A stretch of DNA of 64,000 nt from a virus. Taxonomy: Duplodnaviria > Caudoviricetes. How positions within the stretch are numbered: the first letter of the stretch is position 1; the number at the start of each line of letters is the position of its first letter. A program made the position numbers and the translations under genes. Where the stretch lies: positions 1 through 64,000 of IMG/VR virus record IMGVR_UViG_3300028833_005988; one strand, 5' to 3'. Below the pieces are notes generated by a model. It saw only the letters and a program-made list of their open reading frames with translations. It had not been told where the DNA came from and did not search any database. Positions 53,041 to 63,146 of the stretch are shown here, piece by piece.

Positions 53041-53898
53041 ATGTTGGCTGCGCATGAAGCACCCTATACGCTTTTCGTAGAGCAGGATGACTTTCCCATC
53101 AATCCCAGGAAAGACTGGGAGCCTTTCGGGAAAATGGTTTGCTGGCATAGGCGTTACAGTTTGGGCGACAAGCATGAATATGGGGATCCAGAGGATTTTC
53201 TGCGCGATCTGTATCGCAAAACGGAAGGCGATCATGGTAAACGTCTGATCTCTTTCCTGAAATCTGGCAAAGCGCGCGGGGCCAGGCTGGAATACAATCG
53301 ACGCACCCACGAATGGGAATTGTATACCTATTGGTGCCTTCGCACGATCATTGGGGATTCCCAGCCAAGATGGGATCTGGAAAGCTCCGCGCCAAAGAGC
53401 CAACTGAATGACAATGGCTGGTTCTATGATGATATGCTGAACGCCCTGACCATTGACGATCTGAAGGAACTGCTGGGAGAACGGGAGGACCTGGTCATCC
53501 TCCCGCTTTTTCTCTTTGACCACAGCGGAATTACCATGTCAACCCACGACTTTGGGGATAGGTGGGATTCCGGGCAGGTGGGCTGGATATATGCCGACCG
53601 TGAAATGATAGAAAAGAACTACGGAGCCGTAAACAAAGAAACCGTCAAAAAAGCGGAAGAACTCCTGGAAGGAGAGGTCAAAAGCTACGATATGTATCTC
53701 CGGGGCGAGTGCTACGGGTTCCGCTTGTACAAGGATGATAAGGAGGAGGACTCCTGCTGGGGTTTCCTGTGCGATGTAGACGATATGCTCAAGGAACTTC
53801 CCTCCTACCTGCCGGATCAATGCGCTGGCTTGATTGATAGGCTGGAGGACTGTGACGACAGTGAAGACGATTATCTGTCGGAGCATTTGTCTGCCTGA
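53041..53898 (+). CDS. Hypothetical phage protein
   Basis: LPLFLFDHSGITMST...WDSGQVGWIY...YLRGECYGF motifs. Confidence 0.75.
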   Translation: MLAAHEAPYTLFVEQDDFPINPRKDWEPFGKMVCWHRRYSLGDKHEYGDPEDFLRDLYRKTEGDHGKRLISFLKSGKARGARLEYNRRTHEWELYTYWCLRTIIGDSQPRWDLESSAPKSQLNDNGWFYDDMLNALTIDDLKELLGEREDLVILPLFLFDHSGITMSTHDFGDRWDSGQVGWIYADREMIEKNYGAVNKETVKKAEELLEGEVKSYDMYLRGECYGFRLYKDDKEEDSCWGFLCDVDDMLKELPSYLPDQCAGLIDRLEDCDDSEDDYLSEHLSA

Positions 53899-53928
53899 TT
53901 GAGCCGAAACAACACGAAGGAGGTGCCT

Positions 53929-56094
53929 ATGAAGCTTAACCTTTGTCTCGCTGCCGGAAAGTGCAGCGCTTATGAGGAGCAATTTAACATCCCATTGTTC
54001 AACGCGGCTGTGCGACTGGCGATTACCACTACAGAAGCGCCCAAACAGGTCTCGCAGGTTCAGGATACTTTATCCGAACTTCCCTGGTACGAGAAGGCGG
54101 ACAGCGCGTCGTTCTTTGAGCCTTACAGCATCCGCTATGTGGGAGAACTGCTGGAACGGTACGGAGAAAAACTGGGCGATACGATAGAAAACACCCGTGC
54201 CTTGGCCTTAGCGCTGGCATGGACAGCCCCGATCCTGACGCCCAATATGTTTGTGGGCAAGCAGCGGGCCAGTTTTATGAAGGCAGTCCTGAAGAAAGAA
54301 AAGAATGACATCTATATTGCCGTTTCCCTGTACCTGCTTTCGGAGGGAGAAGAGAAGGAGGAGAGGCTTCAGGCATTGCTGAACCGAACCTACCATCAGA
54401 CGGAAGAACTGATCTTCTCCCTTTGTTCTCTGGAACGTATCGAGCCGCATTACGAACAATTCCTTCCGCTTCTGACTGCGCTGTTGGGGAAAGACAGGAC
54501 GCTGACAGCAGCGGACAACGGCGGTATCTTCGGCTGGCTGCTGGAACGCTGTGCCAAAGCGATCAAAGGCTGCCGTAAAAAGGACAACGCGCTCATGCGA
54601 GCGCTTTTTGCGCTTGCCAAGGGCTATGTGCGTGAAAAGGACGCTGCCCACACTGCGCTGCTTCAAGCAGGGTATTTCAAGCTGGAAATCCTGTATCTCA
54701 ATTCGCTATTCGTGTGGGACAGGAAGCTTCGGTATTATCATGTGATGCCGGATTCTATTCCGGCGGAAAAGCTGGCAGCCACTTTTGTGCTCTCCTGCAT
54801 GAACGCAGCGGAAAAGCCGGACGAACCTTTGCTGGAGTACGCGGCCTGGCTGCTGGAACGCTATCAGACCTTTGAAATCAAATATGAGGCCAACACTGGC
54901 ATCCGCATGGCGCTGGCCAGAGTGGTTCATATCGTATGCCCGGAGACCATGATCTGGATGATCCGGGATCTGGAATGGGAAAAAAGCCTTCCCTTTGACG
55001 CGCTGGATGATCGCTGGGATGTATTAGCCAAGGAACTGCCTAAGGAAAAATACCATGAGTTATTCAAGGAGCAGCTGGAGCATCAAAAGGAGCTTACAGC
55101 GGAAACCTTCCGTGCATGGCTTCAAAAATATGAGGCTTTAACCGGCGGCAGTTATCTGGACACATTCCGGCAGTTTTCATACCAGGAGGAAGATATCTTT
55201 GACGACTGCGTGCGGTTCGGCGCTGTGAACTTGTGGGATTTCTTCAATGAACACAAGGATGAGCAAGACACCAGATACCAGTATTCGCCCTTACGGTATG
55301 TCTGGAATATGGTCTCCGGCGTTAAGAACCGTCCTGCCTTTGATTTCTGGCAGACGTTCTTTTCAACGTTCGATATGCGGCAGCTTCGTGCCTTCTTTCA
55401 GGACAAATCCTTCCATGAAGGTTTCTCGTCCGCAGCTCGGGGCATTTATGGGTATTCCAGCCACCAGAAGGAGGCCCGCTATCAGCGGGCTTTCCTTACC
55501 CGGGAAGAAAACCGCAGGTTGTATGAATGGATCGATGAATCGGTTTTCCTGTTCACCCCTTCAGAGTATGACGATATGGTGTTAGCCTTCCTGACCGCCC
55601 CGGAAACCCTGGAACTGTATGACCGGGCTGAATTGCGGCCCATTTTTGACGCCATTCAGGAAAGAAAACCGAATCATTCGGATATCCCCGCTCTGAAAAG
55701 GGTCTTTCTTTCCGCTGAGGAACTGGAAGCGGAGCGTCAGGCGGAGGAGGAGAGAAAACAGCGAAAAAAGCTGGCTGATGCCGAAGCGGAAAAAATCAAA
55801 ACCTGCAATGAAATGGATGAGCGCTTTGACGGTACGCTGGAATCTATCGTCAAGTATCTGGACCGCTGCTATTATTCCAGCGCCAAGCGCTACGCTGTCC
55901 AACACGCCGTATATCTTTTAGACGGTATTCTCATGAAGCAGCGCGCATTCACCAAAAAAGAATTCGGAATGCTGCTGGAATTGATGGGCACGCTCGTTCA
56001 GTATGACGAAATGAAACGGGAGGTTGTGCTGAAAACCCTGAACGATGTGACAGTCTCGGAAGAGGAGGATGCGAACCATGCTGATGATGACTGA
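53929..56094 (+). CDS. Large helical hypothetical protein
   Basis: AGGAGG RBS before MKLNL; about 720 aa with no internal stop. Confidence 0.8.
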   Translation: MKLNLCLAAGKCSAYEEQFNIPLFNAAVRLAITTTEAPKQVSQVQDTLSELPWYEKADSASFFEPYSIRYVGELLERYGEKLGDTIENTRALALALAWTAPILTPNMFVGKQRASFMKAVLKKEKNDIYIAVSLYLLSEGEEKEERLQALLNRTYHQTEELIFSLCSLERIEPHYEQFLPLLTALLGKDRTLTAADNGGIFGWLLERCAKAIKGCRKKDNALMRALFALAKGYVREKDAAHTALLQAGYFKLEILYLNSLFVWDRKLRYYHVMPDSIPAEKLAATFVLSCMNAAEKPDEPLLEYAAWLLERYQTFEIKYEANTGIRMALARVVHIVCPETMIWMIRDLEWEKSLPFDALDDRWDVLAKELPKEKYHELFKEQLEHQKELTAETFRAWLQKYEALTGGSYLDTFRQFSYQEEDIFDDCVRFGAVNLWDFFNEHKDEQDTRYQYSPLRYVWNMVSGVKNRPAFDFWQTFFSTFDMRQLRAFFQDKSFHEGFSSAARGIYGYSSHQKEARYQRAFLTREENRRLYEWIDESVFLFTPSEYDDMVLAFLTAPETLELYDRAELRPIFDAIQERKPNHSDIPALKRVFLSAEELEAERQAEEERKQRKKLADAEAEKIKTCNEMDERFDGTLESIVKYLDRCYYSSAKRYAVQHAVYLLDGILMKQRAFTKKEFGMLLELMGTLVQYDEMKREVVLKTLNDVTVSEEEDANHADDD

Positions 56095-58504
56095 ACGGAT
56101 GAAAACCCTCGGCCAAATGGAACAGAACGGCCTAGCTCTCAAGATGACAGCGGAGTATACAGAGCAGCAAATCAATGCCTGCTGTGGTCAGCTTGAGGAT
56201 GGCACGCTTGATAAAAACGCCTATCAGAACTGCTTCTCCATTCAAGCTGCTCTGATCACCACTCCCGGTTTCCCTGAAAGGCTGCGTTTTCTCTTGGGGA
56301 ACGGTGTTTCAGCTCACCAGGTCGATCAATGGCTTTCGACGGCGAAGGAAACAGGCTGCGGGATCATGGATTATTCCTGCCAGGAATTGATCCGCCTGTT
56401 TTCCATGCGTCTGGCCGACATGCGCGGCAAGCAGGAATTTGCCCAGTATTTTTTGCATAGGGGCTGGCCAGAAGATGCGCTTCAGGCCGCAGCGGATAAT
56501 GTGATCGCCTGCTATCAAGAGTTAGAGGGCGGGTTGGCCGCATTATCGGAGGAGGAACAGGAATTGTTTTCCCATCCGTGTCTGGGAGAATATATCAATG
56601 GCGCGGCCTTTTCCGAAGTGCTGCCCAGGCTTGCTGCCCATCCCATCTGCCTATCTCTTCTGGATGCCTTGTGCGCCGATAGGATCGAGATTTCCCTGGA
56701 TGAAGCGGACTGGGCAAATCTGTATACTCTCACAGCGGAAATGAAGGAAAAGCTCGAAACGATCCATGCCATCCTTGGCGCCGATGGAGACCGAACGGGC
56801 ATCTTCTTCCGGTACTGGCTGGATAACGGCGCCATAGCGGAAGAATTGGAAGCCTTTATCCGCTGGGCTCGGAACAAAACACTAGAGGAAATCGACGCGG
56901 CGCTGGATACCTATCTGGCCTATTTGAATGCGCTGTACGGCAGCTTTGGAAGAGGCATTCCCTTCCGGGAGTTGCACGGCGGCGCGTTTCAACTACTGGC
57001 CTATGCTTTAACGCATAAGCAGAAAGCCTTCCTGCGCCTGGTTGAAAAAAACTTCGCGCTCTTCCAATCCATTTCTGACCGCTCCATGCTTTTCTATCAT
57101 GATTTCTATTCCAGAACGTGGCTGAACGCCCTGAACCTCAATAATCTTACTGAATGCCAGAAAATCATCGGCGGTAAAAAGAACGGGAACAGGCTGAACC
57201 TGCTCAGCCGGAAGATGTTCACCTTTGATGAACTGAAAACGCTGTTTCAGGCGGAAGAATGTTATATACGGCTGTATGACCTGCTGGACATTGCCCGGAC
57301 AGATGATCGGTTGCTGGCCATCCGGCAGCTGCTCAAGCACGATTTGCTGGATGATGAGATGAACGACGATCAGATCAGCCAACTGGCCCGCCGCCTCTCC
57401 GAAAAGAATCTGATGGACTGGCGGGATCGAGAGTTTGCGCATATCAAGGGACTAACGCTGCGCCTTTGCGTCCGCATCTTGTCCGTATACGATCATGTTA
57501 AGCGGTTCATGCCGGATATACATACCAGCGAAGAAGCGGATTTTATGATTCGCCAGTATGAATCCCTGAAATCATACCAGACATGGGCGGATGTGCTGAA
57601 GGATATTCAACGCCTGGACAGCGATTGGGCCGTGCTGCGGGAAGCGCTCCAGTTGGATCATGATTTTGTGAACGAACATGAACAGGAGATTATTTCCTTT
57701 CTCTGCAAAGAAGGCGCTGCCATCGCTATGGACTATTCCCGGGGCATCCATGATCCAAAGGGCTTTTATCGGATTGTGCGTGCGCTGCTCATGGGACAGT
57801 ATGAACAGGTGAAATATCACAGCGACGATCTCCAGCGGGAACTGTCCTTTTCTATCACGGAGCAGCAGAAGCAGCGGTGGATGGAGAACACGGAAGTCAC
57901 GCAGGGAAAAATCCGTGTGGAGGAAAGGGATGATTTCTTTTCCACCATGCGGATCGGCCAGCTTCCCCAGCGCACCTGCCTGAACTATAAAGATGGTGCT
58001 TACCGCCATTGCCTGCTGGCCTGCTTCGACAGCAACAAAAAAATCCTCTACGCAACCATGGGCGGTAAGCCCGTGGCCAGGGCCATGCTGCGCTTGACCA
58101 AAGGCAGCTTTACCGCGCCGGGAGGAAAGGCAGTCAAATCCCTGGAATTTGCGGACATTCTCCATCCTGACGCAGAAGAGCAGCCGGAAAAGAAAAGCGA
58201 AGAGTTGGTCGTTTTCCTGGAGCGCCTGTACACCAATGGCATTGACGAATTGGCCAAACAGACCGTGCAGAAGCTGTTCGCTGAACTGGCAGCGGAGAAA
58301 GCAAAGGAAATGGGCGCCCGCGTTGTGCTGAGCCATGATTACCGGCCTGTTGCTGCCGATATGTCCTTTACCGCCATGAACTACTATCTCTATATCTCCA
58401 AATCCAAAGCGGGCGAACAGTATCTGGACAGCTTGGGCGGTTCCCAGGGAACCAGCAAAGAAGGCAGCTATTATAATAATATTTTCATGCTGCAAGCAGC
58501 GTAA
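56069..58504 (+). CDS. Large hypothetical protein, possible PcfJ-like C-terminus
   Basis: 811 aa; RTCLNYKDGAYRHCL...VARAMLRL. The domain call is weak. Confidence 0.7.
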   Translation: MRTMLMMTERMKTLGQMEQNGLALKMTAEYTEQQINACCGQLEDGTLDKNAYQNCFSIQAALITTPGFPERLRFLLGNGVSAHQVDQWLSTAKETGCGIMDYSCQELIRLFSMRLADMRGKQEFAQYFLHRGWPEDALQAAADNVIACYQELEGGLAALSEEEQELFSHPCLGEYINGAAFSEVLPRLAAHPICLSLLDALCADRIEISLDEADWANLYTLTAEMKEKLETIHAILGADGDRTGIFFRYWLDNGAIAEELEAFIRWARNKTLEEIDAALDTYLAYLNALYGSFGRGIPFRELHGGAFQLLAYALTHKQKAFLRLVEKNFALFQSISDRSMLFYHDFYSRTWLNALNLNNLTECQKIIGGKKNGNRLNLLSRKMFTFDELKTLFQAEECYIRLYDLLDIARTDDRLLAIRQLLKHDLLDDEMNDDQISQLARRLSEKNLMDWRDREFAHIKGLTLRLCVRILSVYDHVKRFMPDIHTSEEADFMIRQYESLKSYQTWADVLKDIQRLDSDWAVLREALQLDHDFVNEHEQEIISFLCKEGAAIAMDYSRGIHDPKGFYRIVRALLMGQYEQVKYHSDDLQRELSFSITEQQKQRWMENTEVTQGKIRVEERDDFFSTMRIGQLPQRTCLNYKDGAYRHCLLACFDSNKKILYATMGGKPVARAMLRLTKGSFTAPGGKAVKSLEFADILHPDAEEQPEKKSEELVVFLERLYTNGIDELAKQTVQKLFAELAAEKAKEMGARVVLSHDYRPVAADMSFTAMNYYLYISKSKAGEQYLDSLGGSQGTSKEGSYYNNIFMLQAA

Positions 58505-58899
58505 AAGAGGACGAAAGAACAAATGAAACACGAAGATTTTCCAAAAGCATTGAGCAATATTCTGGTTAAGGATGCTTTTAGTATTTAATATGCGCGATGT
58601 CAAGAAAACAATCTATGACGTTTTTTATGGTGATGCTGAATTTCCTGATGAATCAAGTGTTTCAGCTTATCATTGAGAATTTTCGCTTATCTCTATTAAG
58701 CGTAATCCGACAAGAAAAATAGTGTTTCCGATAGGGATACTCAAGGTAGTTGTAACCGCTTTCGGGTTTGCTTCTTGAATTTGCTCTGACATTATTCTCT
58801 CCTATGATGTTTTGCGATTTCGCTTTCCTCGGAACAAATTTCATATTGACGGATGGTCGGTCAACCGATATAATGAGATTATGGAAGGAAGGGATGACC

Positions 58900-59361
58900 A
58901 TGAATTTGCAATCCATGTTGCAGGAGCGCAATATGTCCATGTATCACTTGTCGCGGATCAGTGGTATACCCAAGACAACCGTGATTGATATTTGTTCCGG
59001 GAAAAGCGCCATTGAAGGCTGCACCGCGAAAACGGTTTGGCGTTTATCGCAGGCGTTGGGATGCACGATGGAAGATTTGATGAAAATAGACACAGCACAT
59101 TATGATCCAAAGAGCGGTTTGCCAAAAAGTGACGCTTATCTGGAAAGGGGTCTGCCCGACTATCTTCAAAAATCCATTGCGGCCATGAAAGAATCCTGGC
59201 GGTTGATTGATCAGGGCAAGCAGGATTTACATTGGGATATTTGCTGGAGCGATTTGAATGCTGATATTAACAGCGCAGAAATAGAACAGGAAATATCCGC
59301 AGATCAAGCCTGGTATCTGCGCAGGAAGTATTTGCGAATGGAAAAGGATGATGAAACATGA
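58900..59361 (+). CDS. XRE-HTH protein, candidate antitoxin
   Basis: LQERNMSMYHLSRISGIPKTTVIDIC; ATGA-coupled to the kinase gene; start approximate. Confidence 0.7.
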   Translation: MNLQSMLQERNMSMYHLSRISGIPKTTVIDICSGKSAIEGCTAKTVWRLSQALGCTMEDLMKIDTAHYDPKSGLPKSDAYLERGLPDYLQKSIAAMKESWRLIDQGKQDLHWDICWSDLNADINSAEIEQEISADQAWYLRRKYLRMEKDDET

Positions 59362-60248
59362 TTGACTTCACCAATCTTCCCCGGCGTAACAAGACATATT
59401 CTGGGGCCAATGGTAGCAAGATCGCGGTTCTGTACGAAGGGGAGCAATATATGCTCAAATTCCCTGCCATTGCCCGGAAGAATAAGTATTTAAGCTACGC
59501 AAATGGCTGCGTGTGCGAATACCTGGGCTGTCATATATTTGAGATCGTGGGAATCCCGGTTCAGAAAACGATCCTTGGCACATTCTCCAGAAATGGTAAA
59601 GAAAAGCTCGTAGTAGCTTGCAAGGATTTCACCGTTCCCGATTATGTCATTCAGGACTTTGCCTCTCTGAAAAACACAATTATTGATTCTGAACACAACG
59701 GATACGGCACGGAACTGTCCGATATTTTGACGGCTATTGATGAACAGCAGGCCGTTGATCCCGTCGTGCTAAAGCGGCGCTTTTGGGATATGTTCATTGT
59801 TGATGCCCTGATTGGGAATTGGGATCGGCACAATGGCAATTGGGGTTTTCTGTACAGCAGCAAAACAGACGAGTTGACATTGGCCCCGGTGTTTGACTGC
59901 GGGAGCAGTCTGTTTCCCCAGGCTGATGAAAATATCATGCGAGCCGTGTTGAATGACCGTTCGGAGCGTGACCTTCGTATTTTCAAAATCCCGCTTTCCG
60001 GCATCCGGGAGAATGGACAAAAAATCAACTATTTCGACTTTATCCATTCTCTCAAGGATACCGGCTGCAATGAAGCTCTGGAGCGCGTCGTTCCACTGAT
60101 GGATATGCAGAAAATCCGGTTGATGGTTGACAACACCGATTATCTGGATGATCTGCAAAAGCAGTTTTATAAAACGATGCTGGAAGAAAGAAAAGAAAAA
60201 ATCTTGGATGCTTCTCTTTCAAAACTGCAAAAGAAAAAGAAGAAGTAA
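59358..60248 (+). CDS. HipA-like Ser/Thr kinase
   Basis: YMLKFP, EYLGCHIF, DALIGNWDRHNGNWG, APVFDCGSSL. Confidence 0.85.
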   Translation: MIDFTNLPRRNKTYSGANGSKIAVLYEGEQYMLKFPAIARKNKYLSYANGCVCEYLGCHIFEIVGIPVQKTILGTFSRNGKEKLVVACKDFTVPDYVIQDFASLKNTIIDSEHNGYGTELSDILTAIDEQQAVDPVVLKRRFWDMFIVDALIGNWDRHNGNWGFLYSSKTDELTLAPVFDCGSSLFPQADENIMRAVLNDRSERDLRIFKIPLSGIRENGQKINYFDFIHSLKDTGCNEALERVVPLMDMQKIRLMVDNTDYLDDLQKQFYKTMLEERKEKILDASLSKLQKKKKK

Positions 60249-60937
60249 GATAGCTTCTTAAGGCTGGCCCAATGCGCGGTCAGCCTTTTTGATTAGGACA
60301 ATTCACTCTTTAGCGCATTTTCCCACCTCCTTCTTTGATGAATTGCTCCTGCTTTCCCGTTCTTCCTGCTACCGGATTGCTTCTTTAGTTGACCGTGCCA
60401 AAAGCTGCTCCAATTCCTTTTTCGGCGCTTTCAAGCTGTTCCTCGATGGACTGCTTTCCATCTGCTGCTTTTGTTTTTAACGCATCGTGTATGACCTTTC
60501 GCACCCAATAGCGAATCAACATTAACATGGACAAATGCAGCTATTTTCCACTTCTGGCCTACAAGGATTCAGAGAATCCGCCTTCCGCGCAAACGCTGCG
60601 GGATGCTGTGGATGTGCTGACATTGTAAAGAAAAGAGACGAACTGCATGGATTTGATCAACGACGGCATTCTGTGGCAGCATATTGTTCAGCAGATTTAA
60701 AACGGCTGTACCGCAGGCCACGGAGCAAAGTTTCACATCTGGACGGACGGCGATATGCTGCTAGTGGACGATGAATGCGCCGCTGAGACCATTGCGGATT
60801 TTCTGGAGATCATGGGTTTCGACACCTGCACCAGATACTATGATCCGAAGGAAGATCGGGAAAGCGGCACAGTCAATGAGTATACCAGCTGGCACTATAT
60901 CAATATTGAATAAATCGCCAAGAAAGGAGGAAGGCAA

Positions 60938-61240
60938 ATGCCCATCACACAGGCACAATTATGGAAGCTCAGACTGGAGATCGTGCTGAACTCTCTTTAC
61001 TATAGCGACTACGAAAACTCCCTGGGACTGAATCGCAGGATCGTCTCCGTGTTCTTCTATGGATTCCTGGAGTTTGTGGACGAAGAAATGAAGGAGGATA
61101 TTGCCGGCTTTACGGACAACGACTTTTTCCGCCATCTTCCGGCCTATGATAATTCAGAATACCTGTGGCAGTATTTCTGCGGCTTTGAGGAAGTGCTGCC
61201 CGGCTGCTATCCGGCAGGGGAGGAAGAATCGGCAGCATAA
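60938..61240 (+). CDS. Hypothetical protein
   Basis: AGGAGG RBS. Confidence 0.7.
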   Translation: MPITQAQLWKLRLEIVLNSLYYSDYENSLGLNRRIVSVFFYGFLEFVDEEMKEDIAGFTDNDFFRHLPAYDNSEYLWQYFCGFEEVLPGCYPAGEEESAA

Positions 61241-61316
61241 CTTCTCCTTTTGCAGACACACACCGCACACGCGGCTCTCAACCATGGGAGCCGCTTTTTC
61301 GCGCAAAGGAGGCAGT

Positions 61317-61931
61317 ATGGTTCACGATCATGTGCATATTTCCTATGGCGTTTCCAAGCTGGGTGCGGATATTCCTTCCGTCAATTTACCTGTGGGCTGC
61401 ACCTGCCGGAAGGACGCGCCGTGCTTCAAGAAATGTTATGCCCGCCGGGGACGGTTCAGCTTTCAGCGGAACCGCGCTCACCTGCAAACCAACCTGGAGC
61501 TTTGGTACTGCAATCCTCAATTTTTCGAGCAGGAGGTGACCATCGCCGCATTCCGTTCCCGTTTCTTCCGCTGGCACTCCTCCGGCGACATCCCGGACGC
61601 GGATTATCTGGCCATGATGGTACGGATCGCCCGGAACCTGCATAACACCCGGTTTCTGTGCTTTACCAAAAAATATGAACTTGTAAATGCTTATATTTCG
61701 GAGCATGGCTCATTCCCCGATAACCTGACCGTCGTTCTCAGCGTTTGGGGCACTTTTCAGCCGGAAAACCCTTATCATCTTCCTCTGGCGCATATCCAAT
61801 TTCGGAAGGAAGATGCAACTATCCCGGAAAACGCCCGCCCTTGCCCATCCTACTGTGGCGATTGCGTTGCCACTGGCATGAGCTGCTGGGATTTAAAACG
61901 CGAAGAAGCAGTTGTATTCCATGAACATTAA
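61317..61931 (+). CDS. Gp88-like phage protein (Cys-rich)
   Basis: SKLG..IPSVNLP.G.TC...C.KKCYA, FFRWHSSGDIPD, CPSYCGDC. Confidence 0.7.
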   Translation: MVHDHVHISYGVSKLGADIPSVNLPVGCTCRKDAPCFKKCYARRGRFSFQRNRAHLQTNLELWYCNPQFFEQEVTIAAFRSRFFRWHSSGDIPDADYLAMMVRIARNLHNTRFLCFTKKYELVNAYISEHGSFPDNLTVVLSVWGTFQPENPYHLPLAHIQFRKEDATIPENARPCPSYCGDCVATGMSCWDLKREEAVVFHEH

Positions 61932-62132
61932 CGAAAGAGAGATGCCAATGAATAAAAACGTTCTTGTGACCTCGGACCGGTATCTGGAGCAGTTCTTCTA
62001 TGCGCACCGGATTTCTTTTATCCGGCAATATTACGAGAAGGGCCTCACGCACTGGGTATATCCAGCCACACTGCGGTTGCTTGATGTTCTTCGGGAGTAT
62101 CTGCAGCTCTCGCAGGTAGAAGGAGGCGCGGT

Positions 62133-63083
62133 ATGACCGTTCAGGATTTGATTGCGTTCTTTGAAGCACATGTGGCAGCGGAAGAAGGGCGGCCTGCCAC
62201 TATAGAGCAGTACGGTTCATTTCTGCGGCGATTTGACCGCTATTTACAGGATCAGCATAAGCTGAGCCTGAAGCCGGAGGATATCGGCCGCATCAAGGGC
62301 CTGCACCTTTCAGCCTATTTGCAGGAATTGGCTGCCAAAGACAGGGCGGTCAGCACCCGGAACAACTATATCGTCATTTTGAAACGTTTCTTTTTCTACA
62401 TGAAAGGAATCGGCGTGATAAAAAAAGATCCCTCCCAGGTTCTCCACTGTGTGAAAGAAAAAAAGACACCGGAAGTCCTCGAAAAGCAGGCTCAGAAGCG
62501 CTACACCGCTGAAGAAATCAAAACGCTGATCGAGGCAGTATCCGGTCCACACCCTAAGCATAATGATTTGCGTGACGCCGCTATTATCGCCCTGATCCTG
62601 GGCAGCGGCCTGCGAGCATTTGAGGTCTGTGCCTTGAACATCGGCCAAATGGAGGAAATACGGCAGGGCGACCTGTTCTGCCTACGCAAAAGGGGCAACT
62701 GGGCGCACGTCAGCGTCGCGGACTTCGTGGCTCCTTGCATTGACCGGTATCTGGCCGGACGGAAGGACACGAAGCCGGATGATCCGCTGTTCCTGTCCCA
62801 AAAAGGAAACCGGCTGGATCGGAAAACACTGTGGAAATCTCTTGCGGTCAAGCAGCAGCGTCTGAACCTGAAAACAGGAGTGCATATCTTTCGCCATACC
62901 CTGCTGACCGCTGTAGATCAGGTGGGCGGCTCCGCCATGGCTCGTGACATTGGTGGACATTCTACCGTATATGTCACCAACCGTTATGTTCATACCAGCA
63001 TGGAAGAGAGGCAGCAGGCCGTCAATGATACGTCCTTTGCGGAAACGATTATGGAGTCGCTTCCGAAGAAACGGGCTTCATGA
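62133..63083 (+). CDS. Tyrosine recombinase/integrase
   Basis: Catalytic residues in SGLRAFE, HIFRHT, GGHST and NRYVH; N-terminal SAM-like domain. Confidence 0.9.
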   Translation: MTVQDLIAFFEAHVAAEEGRPATIEQYGSFLRRFDRYLQDQHKLSLKPEDIGRIKGLHLSAYLQELAAKDRAVSTRNNYIVILKRFFFYMKGIGVIKKDPSQVLHCVKEKKTPEVLEKQAQKRYTAEEIKTLIEAVSGPHPKHNDLRDAAIIALILGSGLRAFEVCALNIGQMEEIRQGDLFCLRKRGNWAHVSVADFVAPCIDRYLAGRKDTKPDDPLFLSQKGNRLDRKTLWKSLAVKQQRLNLKTGVHIFRHTLLTAVDQVGGSAMARDIGGHSTVYVTNRYVHTSMEERQQAVNDTSFAETIMESLPKKRAS

Positions 63084-63146
63084 TAGGAAAATGAACGAAC
63101 CGCCGCAGATATTCTTTCTGCGGCGGCACTTTGATTGATCATGATG

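Larger units (their letters stand above)
1..63083. mobile_element. Segment of a large temperate siphophage/prophage (late operon left, cargo middle, early-type genes right); true ends not visible
   Basis: Terminase-portal-scaffold-capsid-tail order on the minus strand; long co-oriented plus-strand run of small hypotheticals with ArdC, Gp88-like protein and a tyrosine recombinase; no housekeeping operon in the window. Boundaries are inference. Confidence 0.8.

Noticed and set aside
60300-60910. Gene remnants: a minus-strand coiled-coil fragment containing a TAG (AIR*QEER) and a plus-strand ORF broken by TAA
   Set aside because: Frameshifted or nonsense-broken fragments; too degraded to support recoding outside the late operon.
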